Shown here piece by piece: positions 13,113-21,611 of a DNA stretch of 64,000 nucleotides. Position 1 is the first letter of the stretch; every line of letters starts with the position of its first letter. This stretch comes from a bacterium (GTDB lineage Bacteria; Zhuqueibacterota; Zhuqueibacteria; Residuimicrobiales; Residuimicrobiaceae). The stretch lies in assembly GCA_029554865.1 (NCBI GenBank), contig JAKPUX010000314.1, positions 5,954-69,953 of the forward strand. Reading direction: 5' to 3'. The notes beneath the pieces are model-generated. The model did no database searches, had not been told where the DNA came from, and saw only the letters and a program-made list of their open reading frames with translations. Position numbers and translations under genes: made by a program.

Positions 13113-15659
13113 TTAAACAGAACGGATGGGCAGACGGACAAAAACCGTGGTACCGCTCATTTTACGGCTGTCGATCTCGATGGTGCCGCCCAGGGATTCA
13201 AGGATGCTCCTGGCCAGAGGGAGTCCCATACCCGTGCCCGAGGCCGAAGTGGTGAATCCTGTCTTGAAGATGTGGGAAAGCTCTTCGGCGGAGATGCCCA
13301 CCCCGTTGTCGGTGATCTCCAGGAGGGCCTGATCCTTCTCTCCTTGCGGGTAGAGGGGATTTTTTTCCAGCATGGTCGTGATCGACAGTACTCCTTCGCC
13401 CTGGATGGCGGCGATGGCGTTGTCGAGCAGATTGTAGAGGGCCTCCTTGAATTGGCCGGCATCAATGTGGACCGGCAGCTCTGCGGTCTCAAACCGGGTG
13501 CGCACCTGGACTGTATCGGGGATGCGCGGCAGATACTCCTGCAGAGACTCCTGAATGACGCGGGAAAAATCATCGGGGAGAAAGACCGGGGGATCGAGCC
13601 GGGCGAACTTCATAAAGGCATTGATCGAATCCCGCACCCGCTCGATCTCGTGTATCGCCGTCTTGGTCATCTCCTCATACTCCGGCGCGTAATCAGGGCT
13701 GAATTTGCGGTAGGCGCGCTGAAGTCTCTGAATGGCGAGCAGGACCGTCGCCAGCGGGGTTTTGGTCTTGTGGGCCATGCGCATCGCCATCGCCGCCCAG
13801 ATCCTCAGCCTCTCCTTCTGCAGGCTCTCCGAAAGATCGGCCAGCAGCAGCACGATATGGTTCTGCAGCCGTTGATGGCGGACCAGTTCCACAGCGAAAT
13901 TCTGCGCCCGCCCCTCGATCTCGAGGTCGAATTCCTGCTGCTGGTAGCTCTCATTCTCTCTTTTAAAGGCCTTATAAAAAGCGAGCAGACCGGTCAGAGG
14001 GGCAGTCCCCATCACCTCCTCAACGGGGTGTTCGATGGTCCTCTCCTCTTCCCGCCCGATCACCCTCAGGAAATAAGGATTACAGAAGAGAAAGCGGCCT
14101 CCCCCGTCGACGAGGGCCACTCCGATGCGGCGGGATTGGAAGCGGCCCGCGTTGCGCAGTGTGTGCCTCAGCCTGAAAACAAGATAGAGGGCGCCGGCCA
14201 GGAGGAGCAGGAGCAGGACGGTCAGGAGGAGCAGCGCGATCGGATGGATCCCCGCCCTGCTGCCGGGAATGTGCACGCGCTCCTGCCCACGCGGGAAAAG
14301 GGCATCCACCGGGAGGGTCAGCACCTTGAGCACTCCCTGGTCGAGGAGGCAGAAACTCCTCTGCGAGGCGTTGATCAAGGCCAGAGCCTCGATCCTGGAC
14401 GGCCTGGTCTTCGCCACCGGCATCCAGGCCAGGGGCCGCAGGGCGCTGTCGACGAGCCAAAGGGCGAGTGGGGATTGTGTGCCAAAAAAGAGTTCGGCCC
14501 GGCCATCGCGGTCGACATCCTCGACCAGCAGCGGCTGGCCGCCGCCCCCGGCGTGGGCAAGGGCGGTTATGCGCAGCCGGCCCCGCTCGGCATCAGCGCG
14601 CAGGACTATGGCATGGTTGGCAAGGTCGCCGGCGATGATCTCCGGCGTGCCGTCGAGATCCATATCCTCGACCAGAAAACTGTAAATCGGGGCCATCCCG
14701 CGCGGATCATCCAGCTCACTCTTGACCGCCAGGGAGAGGCCATCAAGGGCATAAAGACGCGGTTGTTGACTGTGCGCGCTGATCAACGAAAAGGGGGCGG
14801 CGATGATCTCCGGCAAAAGATCGCGGTCCAGATCGGCGAGTTTGACGTTGACGTAAGAAGATTCACCCCCGAAGGCCCTTTTGGCCAAAATCCGCCCATC
14901 GCCGGTCAGGACGGCCACATAGCTGCTGTCGCGGCTGAAGGGACCGAAAAAAGGACCGTCCGAAGCCCCGCCCAGGGTGATGACCAGCTCCATACCGCCG
15001 TCTCCATCCAGGTCGGCCGGTGTGACCTGTGTGAGCATGGGGGCGAAGGAGAGGTCGAGGAGGGTCGCCTTGGTCGCCAGATCATAGGCGAGGAGGGTGC
15101 GCGGTTGCCGATCGGCGCCGGTGTTGAGATGGATGAGCAGATCCGGCCGGTCGTCGCGGTTGATATCACAAAGCGCCGCTGAGTTCAGGCTGCCGGTCCA
15201 GAGGCCGTCGCCGGAGGCATCCCGCCCGGCGACGGTCGCCACAGAATCGACCTTCTCAGCCCGGCGGTTGTAAAGATCGATCCACCCCTTCTCCCCGGCA
15301 ATCCGATAGGTGGCAAAGTTGAAGCGACTGCTGCCCTGCAGCGGGAAGAGGGTATAGGCCTCATGGTGCAGGGTGACCGGCTGGCCGGGAAAAGTATAGC
15401 CCACCTGATAGAGCTCGCGGATGGAGAGGAAAAGAGGGTGCTCCTGGTCAGTGCGCAGCTCGCAGAGCTCCTCAAGCCCGTCACCGTCGAAATCATCGAT
15501 GAAAAAATCATGCACGGTATGAGCAGTGCTGGTGAACGACACCCTTTCGTCCAGCCGGGGCAGCTTCGCTGTTTTCCAGCTCGGCGGTTCCCCCTCTCCC
15601 TGCAAATTGCTGGCCGCCGCCATCAGCATGGCGGTTAACAGGCAACCGAACCATCGCAT
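13113..15659 (-). CDS. sensor histidine kinase with periplasmic FG-GAP/VCBS-like beta-propeller domain
   Basis: Signal peptide, then about 6 DxDxDG calcium-binding blade motifs (DDFDGDGLEEL, DINRDDRPDLL, DLDGDGGMELV, DMDLDGTPEII, DVDRDGRAELF), a TM segment, a PAS-like region, an H-box (MAHKTKTPLATV) and HATPase_c (DNGVGI...GTGMGL). Overlaps the RR gene start. Confidence 0.8.
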   Translation of the reverse strand: MRWFGCLLTAMLMAAASNLQGEGEPPSWKTAKLPRLDERVSFTSTAHTVHDFFIDDFDGDGLEELCELRTDQEHPLFLSIRELYQVGYTFPGQPVTLHHEAYTLFPLQGSSRFNFATYRIAGEKGWIDLYNRRAEKVDSVATVAGRDASGDGLWTGSLNSAALCDINRDDRPDLLIHLNTGADRQPRTLLAYDLATKATLLDLSFAPMLTQVTPADLDGDGGMELVITLGGASDGPFFGPFSRDSSYVAVLTGDGRILAKRAFGGESSYVNVKLADLDRDLLPEIIAAPFSLISAHSQQPRLYALDGLSLAVKSELDDPRGMAPIYSFLVEDMDLDGTPEIIAGDLANHAIVLRADAERGRLRITALAHAGGGGQPLLVEDVDRDGRAELFFGTQSPLALWLVDSALRPLAWMPVAKTRPSRIEALALINASQRSFCLLDQGVLKVLTLPVDALFPRGQERVHIPGSRAGIHPIALLLLTVLLLLLLAGALYLVFRLRHTLRNAGRFQSRRIGVALVDGGGRFLFCNPYFLRVIGREEERTIEHPVEEVMGTAPLTGLLAFYKAFKRENESYQQQEFDLEIEGRAQNFAVELVRHQRLQNHIVLLLADLSESLQKERLRIWAAMAMRMAHKTKTPLATVLLAIQRLQRAYRKFSPDYAPEYEEMTKTAIHEIERVRDSINAFMKFARLDPPVFLPDDFSRVIQESLQEYLPRIPDTVQVRTRFETAELPVHIDAGQFKEALYNLLDNAIAAIQGEGVLSITTMLEKNPLYPQGEKDQALLEITDNGVGISAEELSHIFKTGFTTSASGTGMGLPLARSILESLGGTIEIDSRKMSGTTVFVRLPIRSV

Positions 15660-15687
15660 TTTTTCATCTCCCGGCCGAACCGGCTGG

Positions 15688-17151
15688 TTACCGCACCAGA
15701 AGCATCTTGCGGGTTTCTGTCCCCGCGCCGCTGATCAGGCGGCAGAAATAGACCCCGGCAGCCCTGCCGCCGGCGTTCCAGACGACACGGTAATGGCCCG
15801 GATTCTGCAAGCCATCCACCAGCCGTTCCACCATCTCGCCCCGGCTGTTATAAAGCTCGAGGCGCACCCTTCCGGTCCCGGCCAGACGATAGGCGATGGT
15901 GGTCTCGGGATTGAAGGGATTGGGATAATTCTGCTGCAGGATAAAATCCTCGGGCTGCTCTTCCGCTCCGGCGAAAGCCGCCGAATCGACCTGGTACGAG
16001 CTTTGCGCCAGGTGATAGAGATAGAGATGACCGACCGCCACATACCAGACATTGGGCCGGTTGCAAATGTAGGCAAGGTGCTGCACGGGGTAGCCCTTTT
16101 CCCATTCGACCACATTGGGGTGGCACATGACGTGGTAGACGCTGCCCTCGGACATGGCCTTGTCGAAGGCCCCGTTGAGGCTGCCGAGGTCGTTGGTGCC
16201 GATGCCCCAGCCGAGCTGCGAAGCCGGGGGATCAAAGGCCCGCGTCACCCCGGCGTTGGTGAACATGTGGATCTTTTCGTTCCATGGCGACAGACCGAAA
16301 AAATTGCTGACGTAAAGGCGGTTGAAGAGGAACTTGTTGAGGGTCAGGAGGGAATCGATGATGGCGTTGGTGCGCCCGTTGGGCGCGATCCAGGTGTAGA
16401 CATATTCCCGCTCGCCCGAGGTGAATGCAGCCGGCAGTGTGAGGTTCCGGATGATATCCTCCTTGTTGCCGGTGATCTCGCCCGGGTAATCCTTGTAGGG
16501 AAGGGAGGGATGGGAGCGGGAATGGCAGGCGGCTTCGACATAGCCCGAGTCGAGCTGCGCCTGGATGTAGCGGTAAACCGCGGCATCGGCCCCGCCCGAA
16601 TTGATGCCGCAGCTGACCCAGAGCCGGTAGGAGCGGGTGATGTGCAGGGTGCGCACGAACTTGGCCCTGCTCCAGCCCGCCATGTCGTCCGCGCTGGCGG
16701 TGACGGCCATCTCCCGATCGTCGTAGTAGGTGCAGATGCGGTTGAAGCGGGCGGGGATGCTCTTGCGCCCGGCATTGGTGATCCTGAGAAAAATCGAATC
16801 GCTCTCGGCCGAAAAGCCGAGGGAGAGGTAGGCGGTGGAACTCCCGCGCTCAAAACGCACGGCTGCGATGCCGTTGAAAAAATCGCCTCCGCTCTTTTCT
16901 GGAAGCTGCAGCCAGGCTCCGCCCTGACGATAACGATACCATGCCCGCGCCCCCTCCTCAAAAGCGGAGAGCTCCAGGGCAAAGGTCAGGGGATAGCTGA
17001 ACCCATAATCGATATGGACCTGTGGATCGATGGCGATATGCACCTCATCCGCTCCGGCTTGACGGACGAAGAGAAACTTTTCCTGAGCATGGGTGGTGCG
17101 CTGGAAACAAATGAGCAAGAATAGCAGTAAAGGAATGGCGTAGCGTCGCAT
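15688..17151 (-). CDS. CE4 polysaccharide-deacetylase-like secreted protein with T9SS C-terminal sorting domain
   Basis: Signal peptide (MRRYAIPLLLFLLICF). NodB-like motifs (TYYDDR, CHSRSHP). C-terminal NYPNPFNPETTI...YFCRL...KMLLVR is a type-A Por secretion CTD. Lies 28 nt upstream of the HK gene on the same strand. Confidence 0.65.
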   Translation of the reverse strand: MRRYAIPLLLFLLICFQRTTHAQEKFLFVRQAGADEVHIAIDPQVHIDYGFSYPLTFALELSAFEEGARAWYRYRQGGAWLQLPEKSGGDFFNGIAAVRFERGSSTAYLSLGFSAESDSIFLRITNAGRKSIPARFNRICTYYDDREMAVTASADDMAGWSRAKFVRTLHITRSYRLWVSCGINSGGADAAVYRYIQAQLDSGYVEAACHSRSHPSLPYKDYPGEITGNKEDIIRNLTLPAAFTSGEREYVYTWIAPNGRTNAIIDSLLTLNKFLFNRLYVSNFFGLSPWNEKIHMFTNAGVTRAFDPPASQLGWGIGTNDLGSLNGAFDKAMSEGSVYHVMCHPNVVEWEKGYPVQHLAYICNRPNVWYVAVGHLYLYHLAQSSYQVDSAAFAGAEEQPEDFILQQNYPNPFNPETTIAYRLAGTGRVRLELYNSRGEMVERLVDGLQNPGHYRVVWNAGGRAAGVYFCRLISGAGTETRKMLLVR

Positions 17152-17500
17152 GACTTCTCCGTGGTCTTGAGGTGAGTATAATAAGCTACTATTTTTTCCC
17201 AATATTGCAACCGCTTTTTCTTGCAAGGTACCCCCAGAAATCTGGATCCCACCCGACACCTGGCGTCGCTTGTCCCCAATCCCTCCTTACTATACTATTT
17301 CCAATATACTCGCGGCCTGTGCCCTCGTCATGAGGCATTTTTTTACAAGGTGTTTCTGATAGGTAAAATACAATTTTTTATTTAATTACCTCTGGGTGGG
17401 ACCGAGATTTTGGGGGATAGCCAGCTTTTTCTTGCCCTTGTGGTGAAAAGTTGTTACTTTTTGATACGGCGGCAGTATACTGAGAAAAAAAGGAGGAGCT

Positions 17501-18454
17501 ATGCAGATCCAACTCTTGGCGCCTTTCGAAAGAGCCTTCAACCGCATGAAAACGGCGCTTTTCAAGCCCTTCGACCTGCGCAAGTGGCTGATCATCGGCT
17601 TCACCGCCTTCCTCGCGGATCTGCTCGACGGCGGGGGCGGGGGAGGCCGGGGAATGCAAAATCAGAGCCATGGCGATTGGGGCGCAGTGCTGGCCGCACC
17701 CTATCAGGCCCTGGAGTGGCTGCAAAGCAAACCGGAATGGATGACCCTGCTCATCTTCATTCTGCTCTTCGCGGCGGCACTCGTACTGCTCCTCCTCTGG
17801 CTGAGTTCCAGAGGCAAATTCATGTTCCTCGACAATGTGGTTCAGCAACGCGCCCTGGTCTCCCATCCCTGGCATCACTATCGCCAACCAGCCGCCTCGC
17901 TTTTCCGCTTCCGCGCCCTCTTCGCCCTCATCATTCTTGGTCTGGCGGGAGGAACCCTCTATCATCTCTGGCGGATGGCCTATACCCGCTGGAACGAATC
18001 CGGCGACCTCTGGCAGCTTCTCCCCTCGCTCGCGCTCTGGATTCTCTTCCTGCTGCTCATCATCCTGACCTTCAGCTATGTCAAGCTGCTCCTCGACCAC
18101 TTTGTCGTGCCCCTGATGTATAAACACAATCTAGGCTGCGTGCAGGCCTGGGAAAAATTCATGCCTCTGCACTGGGCACACGTCGGCAGCTTCATTCTCT
18201 ACGCCCTCTTTATCCTGATCGCCATCATCGCCCTGGTCGCACTCGTCGTCATTGTCGGACTCTTCACCTGCTGTGTCGGCTTTGTTATTCTGGCTATCCC
18301 CTACCTCAACTCCGTGTTGATGCTGCCCTTCAGCTACTGGCTGCGCTCTTTCAGTCTGGAGTACCTCGCCCAGTTCGGCAGCGAGTACAACCTCCTGGAG
18401 GAAGCCGGACGGGAGGAGGTGAATCCCTACCCCGAGCCGCCGACGGTCGCCTGA
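17501..18454 (+). CDS. hypothetical polytopic membrane protein
   Basis: 317 aa with about 6 TM helices and a Gly run (DGGGGGGRG). GGAGG RBS 6 nt upstream. No recognisable family. Confidence 0.5.
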   Translation: MQIQLLAPFERAFNRMKTALFKPFDLRKWLIIGFTAFLADLLDGGGGGGRGMQNQSHGDWGAVLAAPYQALEWLQSKPEWMTLLIFILLFAAALVLLLLWLSSRGKFMFLDNVVQQRALVSHPWHHYRQPAASLFRFRALFALIILGLAGGTLYHLWRMAYTRWNESGDLWQLLPSLALWILFLLLIILTFSYVKLLLDHFVVPLMYKHNLGCVQAWEKFMPLHWAHVGSFILYALFILIAIIALVALVVIVGLFTCCVGFVILAIPYLNSVLMLPFSYWLRSFSLEYLAQFGSEYNLLEEAGREEVNPYPEPPTVA

Positions 18455-18609
18455 CCAGCAGCCGCAAACTGCGGTTCAGCCCTCAAGGAATGGGCGGCGC
18501 AGGGAACTTTTACTATGACGCGCGGTGTTCCATCTGCACAGATAAAACTTGCGATTCAGGCTGTATTTTCGTAAGATAGACATTATCATGATCAGATGGG
18601 AAAACCGCC

Positions 18610-21498
18610 ATGTACTACCGCAGCATGTGGTTCCGTTTTATTCTGCTTTACGCCGTCATCACCCTTCTGCCGGGCGGGTCTCTCATCGCCCGGCAGGGGA
18701 GTGTTATCCAGGAACGGGCCCTTCCCGGAGTGGTCTCCCTGGCCCTCAGGGAACCCCTCCCCGACGGCGCAGCCCTGCGCCGTGCCGCCCTCCCCGGCCT
18801 GGAACACACCCTGCAGTCGCTGCAGATTCATACCCTCGCGCCGGTCGCCCCGGCACCCCGCGCTGTCCTGCCTAAAATCGGCCACCGCACCCGCATCGAC
18901 AATCTGTACAATGCCTGGTATGCCGGCGGCCGCCCGCCCGAGGAGGTGGCGAAAATATTGGCCGGGGATCCGGCCGTCGAATTCGCTGAAGCCAGATACT
19001 ATTATACCCTGACTGCCATGCCCGACGATCCCCTCGCCGGCAAACAGTGGTATCTCGATGCCGTCCAGCTCCCCCGGGCCTGGGAGATTGCCAAAGCGGA
19101 ACAGGGCGGAGTCGTGATCGCCATTATCGATGGCGGCACCGACATCACCCATCCCGACCTGGTGGACAATCTCTGGACCAATCCCGGAGAGATCCCCGCC
19201 AACGGGCTGGATGACGACAACAACGGCTATGCCGACGACCTGCACGGCTATAATTTCACCAATAATATTCCAGATCCCGCCAGCCTCTTCTCCGGCACCA
19301 GCTACAGCGATCACGGCACCCATACCGCAGGTGCCGCCTGCGCCACCGCCAACAATCGTCTGGGCATCGCCGGCACGAGCTGGAACGCCCGCCTCATGGC
19401 CCTCAACGCCGGATCGAAAACAACGGACAAAAATATCGATCCCCTCAGCATCGACAAGGCCATCGCCTACGCCACGGCCAACGGCGCCGACATCCTCAGC
19501 TGCAGCTTCAGCGGCTCCTATTCGGAGATCACCCACCGCCTGATCCGCTATGCCTTCGAGGAGGGGCTGGCGATTGTCGCCGCGGCGGGCAACGCGAACG
19601 ACCTCGCCGACCAGGTCTACCCGGCCAGTTATAATGGGGTCCTGGCCGTGGCGGCCACCGACAGCACCGACTCCCGCGCCTATTTTTCCAACTATGGCTA
19701 CAGCGTGGATGTCACCGCCCCGGGGGTGAGCATCTGGAGCACGGTCAGCGGCGGCAGCTATGCGGGTGATTACTGGCAAGGCACCTCGATGTCGACCCCG
19801 ATCGCGGCGGGCGTGGTCGCCCTGGTCATGACCCGCTTTCCGGAGTGGAGCGGCCTGCAAGCGGCCGAACAGGTGCGCGTCACCGCCGACAATATCGATG
19901 CCAGAAATCCCTCCTATGCCGGCAAGCTCGGCCGCGGCCGCATCAACGCCTGGCGCGCCCTCACCGAGATCGGCCCCTCCCTGCGCATCACCGGCTGTGA
20001 ATTCTTCGATCAGGACGGCGACAGCCTGATCGAGCCGGGCGAAACCGTGCGGCTGCGGCTGGCCGTGACCAATTACCTGACCGAAGCCCATAACGTGACC
20101 CTCGCGCTCTCTGAAGAGAGCCCCTACACCACGGTCTCGCCTGCCAACGCCGCCCTCGCCTCGATCGGCAGCGGCGAGAGCATCGTCCTCGATAACAACT
20201 TCTTCTTCAAGGTGGGCAGTGCAGCCCCCAGCAACCACCCCATCGATTTCACCCTCAGCATCAGCGCCGGCGGCTACACCGACACCGACCATTTCACCCT
20301 GACCGTCCTGCCCGCCTTCGCCAACATCGGGGTCAACAATATCTATACCACTGTGACCAATGTCGGTCGCATCGGCAGCGCCAATCCCGGCGGCGCCAAC
20401 GCCGGCATCGGCTTCCTCTACAAATCGGGCGCAAACCTCCTCTTCGAGGGGGCCATCATCGCCGGCACCTCCGCCAACCGGATCGTCAATGCAGCGCGCG
20501 GCCTTATCACCTACACCGGGGCGCAGGAAAATGACGCCGATTTTATCCGCACCGAGGAGGGCGACATCCGCATCACCACTCCCGGAAGCCTTAGCGACCA
20601 GGAGAGCATCACCTCCTTCTCGGATGCCGGGGCCTCATCACCCCTCAATATCCGCATCACCCAGCAGACCTTCGCCAGCAGCGACCCGCGCTATGCCGAT
20701 CTCCTTTTCCTCAGCTACCGGGTGCATAACCTCAGTGGAGAACCGATCGACCGTTTTCATTTCGGCCTTTTCTGCGACTGGGATATAGATGCGGGCAGCT
20801 ACAACACCAATGTGGCCGCTTTTGACGCGGATCGCCGCCTGGGCTACGCCTGCGACAGCGGCGACGGCCCCGCCACCTTCGCCGGCATCCGTCTGCTGAC
20901 GCCGGGAGGGATTTCCTACCGAGCTATCATTAATGATAACGCCGATCCCCTCAATCCTGGCTGGGGGCTCCATGACGGTTTTACCGACGGCGAAAAATGG
21001 GAGGCGATCAGCGGCGGGGTGACCCAGAGCCGGGTCGGGCCTGCCGACATCTCCAACGTCATCGCCTCCGGCCCCCATATCATCCCTGCCGGCGGGGAGA
21101 TCACCATCGATTTTGCCCTCATCGCCGCTGACAACCTGGAGCTGCTGCAAGCAGCAGCCGACAGCGCCTGGATGTTCTGGCTCACCTCGCTGCAGACCGG
21201 CCCGATCACACCCCCCCCGGCCGTCTGGGCCCTGGAGGCCAACTATCCCAATCCCTTCAATGCCGAGACCACCATCCTCTTCAGCCTGCCCCGCCCCACT
21301 CCGGTCCGGCTCGACATCCTCGATCTCTCCGGACGCCTGGTCAGGCGCCTCGCCGAGACCACCCTGCCGACGGGCCGCCACCGGCTCCTCTGGGATGGCC
21401 GCGATAATCAGGGAAGATCGGTCGCCGGCGGAACCTATCTCTACCGGCTGCAAAGCGATGGAGAACAGCTGGTCCGCAAGCTGGTCCTGCTCCGCTGA
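18610..21498 (+). CDS. S8 subtilisin-family serine peptidase with T9SS C-terminal sorting domain
   Basis: Catalytic triad motifs IIDGGTDITHPDL (Asp), HGTHTAGAA (His), GTSMSTPIAAGVVAL (Ser). N-terminal signal peptide. C-terminal NYPNPFNAETTI...YLYRL...KLVLLR CTD. Confidence 0.85.
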   Translation: MYYRSMWFRFILLYAVITLLPGGSLIARQGSVIQERALPGVVSLALREPLPDGAALRRAALPGLEHTLQSLQIHTLAPVAPAPRAVLPKIGHRTRIDNLYNAWYAGGRPPEEVAKILAGDPAVEFAEARYYYTLTAMPDDPLAGKQWYLDAVQLPRAWEIAKAEQGGVVIAIIDGGTDITHPDLVDNLWTNPGEIPANGLDDDNNGYADDLHGYNFTNNIPDPASLFSGTSYSDHGTHTAGAACATANNRLGIAGTSWNARLMALNAGSKTTDKNIDPLSIDKAIAYATANGADILSCSFSGSYSEITHRLIRYAFEEGLAIVAAAGNANDLADQVYPASYNGVLAVAATDSTDSRAYFSNYGYSVDVTAPGVSIWSTVSGGSYAGDYWQGTSMSTPIAAGVVALVMTRFPEWSGLQAAEQVRVTADNIDARNPSYAGKLGRGRINAWRALTEIGPSLRITGCEFFDQDGDSLIEPGETVRLRLAVTNYLTEAHNVTLALSEESPYTTVSPANAALASIGSGESIVLDNNFFFKVGSAAPSNHPIDFTLSISAGGYTDTDHFTLTVLPAFANIGVNNIYTTVTNVGRIGSANPGGANAGIGFLYKSGANLLFEGAIIAGTSANRIVNAARGLITYTGAQENDADFIRTEEGDIRITTPGSLSDQESITSFSDAGASSPLNIRITQQTFASSDPRYADLLFLSYRVHNLSGEPIDRFHFGLFCDWDIDAGSYNTNVAAFDADRRLGYACDSGDGPATFAGIRLLTPGGISYRAIINDNADPLNPGWGLHDGFTDGEKWEAISGGVTQSRVGPADISNVIASGPHIIPAGGEITIDFALIAADNLELLQAAADSAWMFWLTSLQTGPITPPPAVWALEANYPNPFNAETTILFSLPRPTPVRLDILDLSGRLVRRLAETTLPTGRHRLLWDGRDNQGRSVAGGTYLYRLQSDGEQLVRKLVLLR

Positions 21499-21611
21499 CA
21501 AGCAGAGGCCGGGCCGCCGGGCGAAACCCGGAGCGGTTTCATTCGTATAGAACAAGAGGTCGGGACTCAACCTGCCCAGCATATACCACTCTGATAAAAC
21601 CGGAGACGAGA

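Noticed and set aside
17152-17500. TGGGGGTACCTTGCA element upstream of the T9SS deacetylase/kinase operon resembling a sigma54 promoter
   Set aside because: GG-to-GC spacing is 9 instead of 10 nt; sigma54 promoters tolerate almost no spacer variation.
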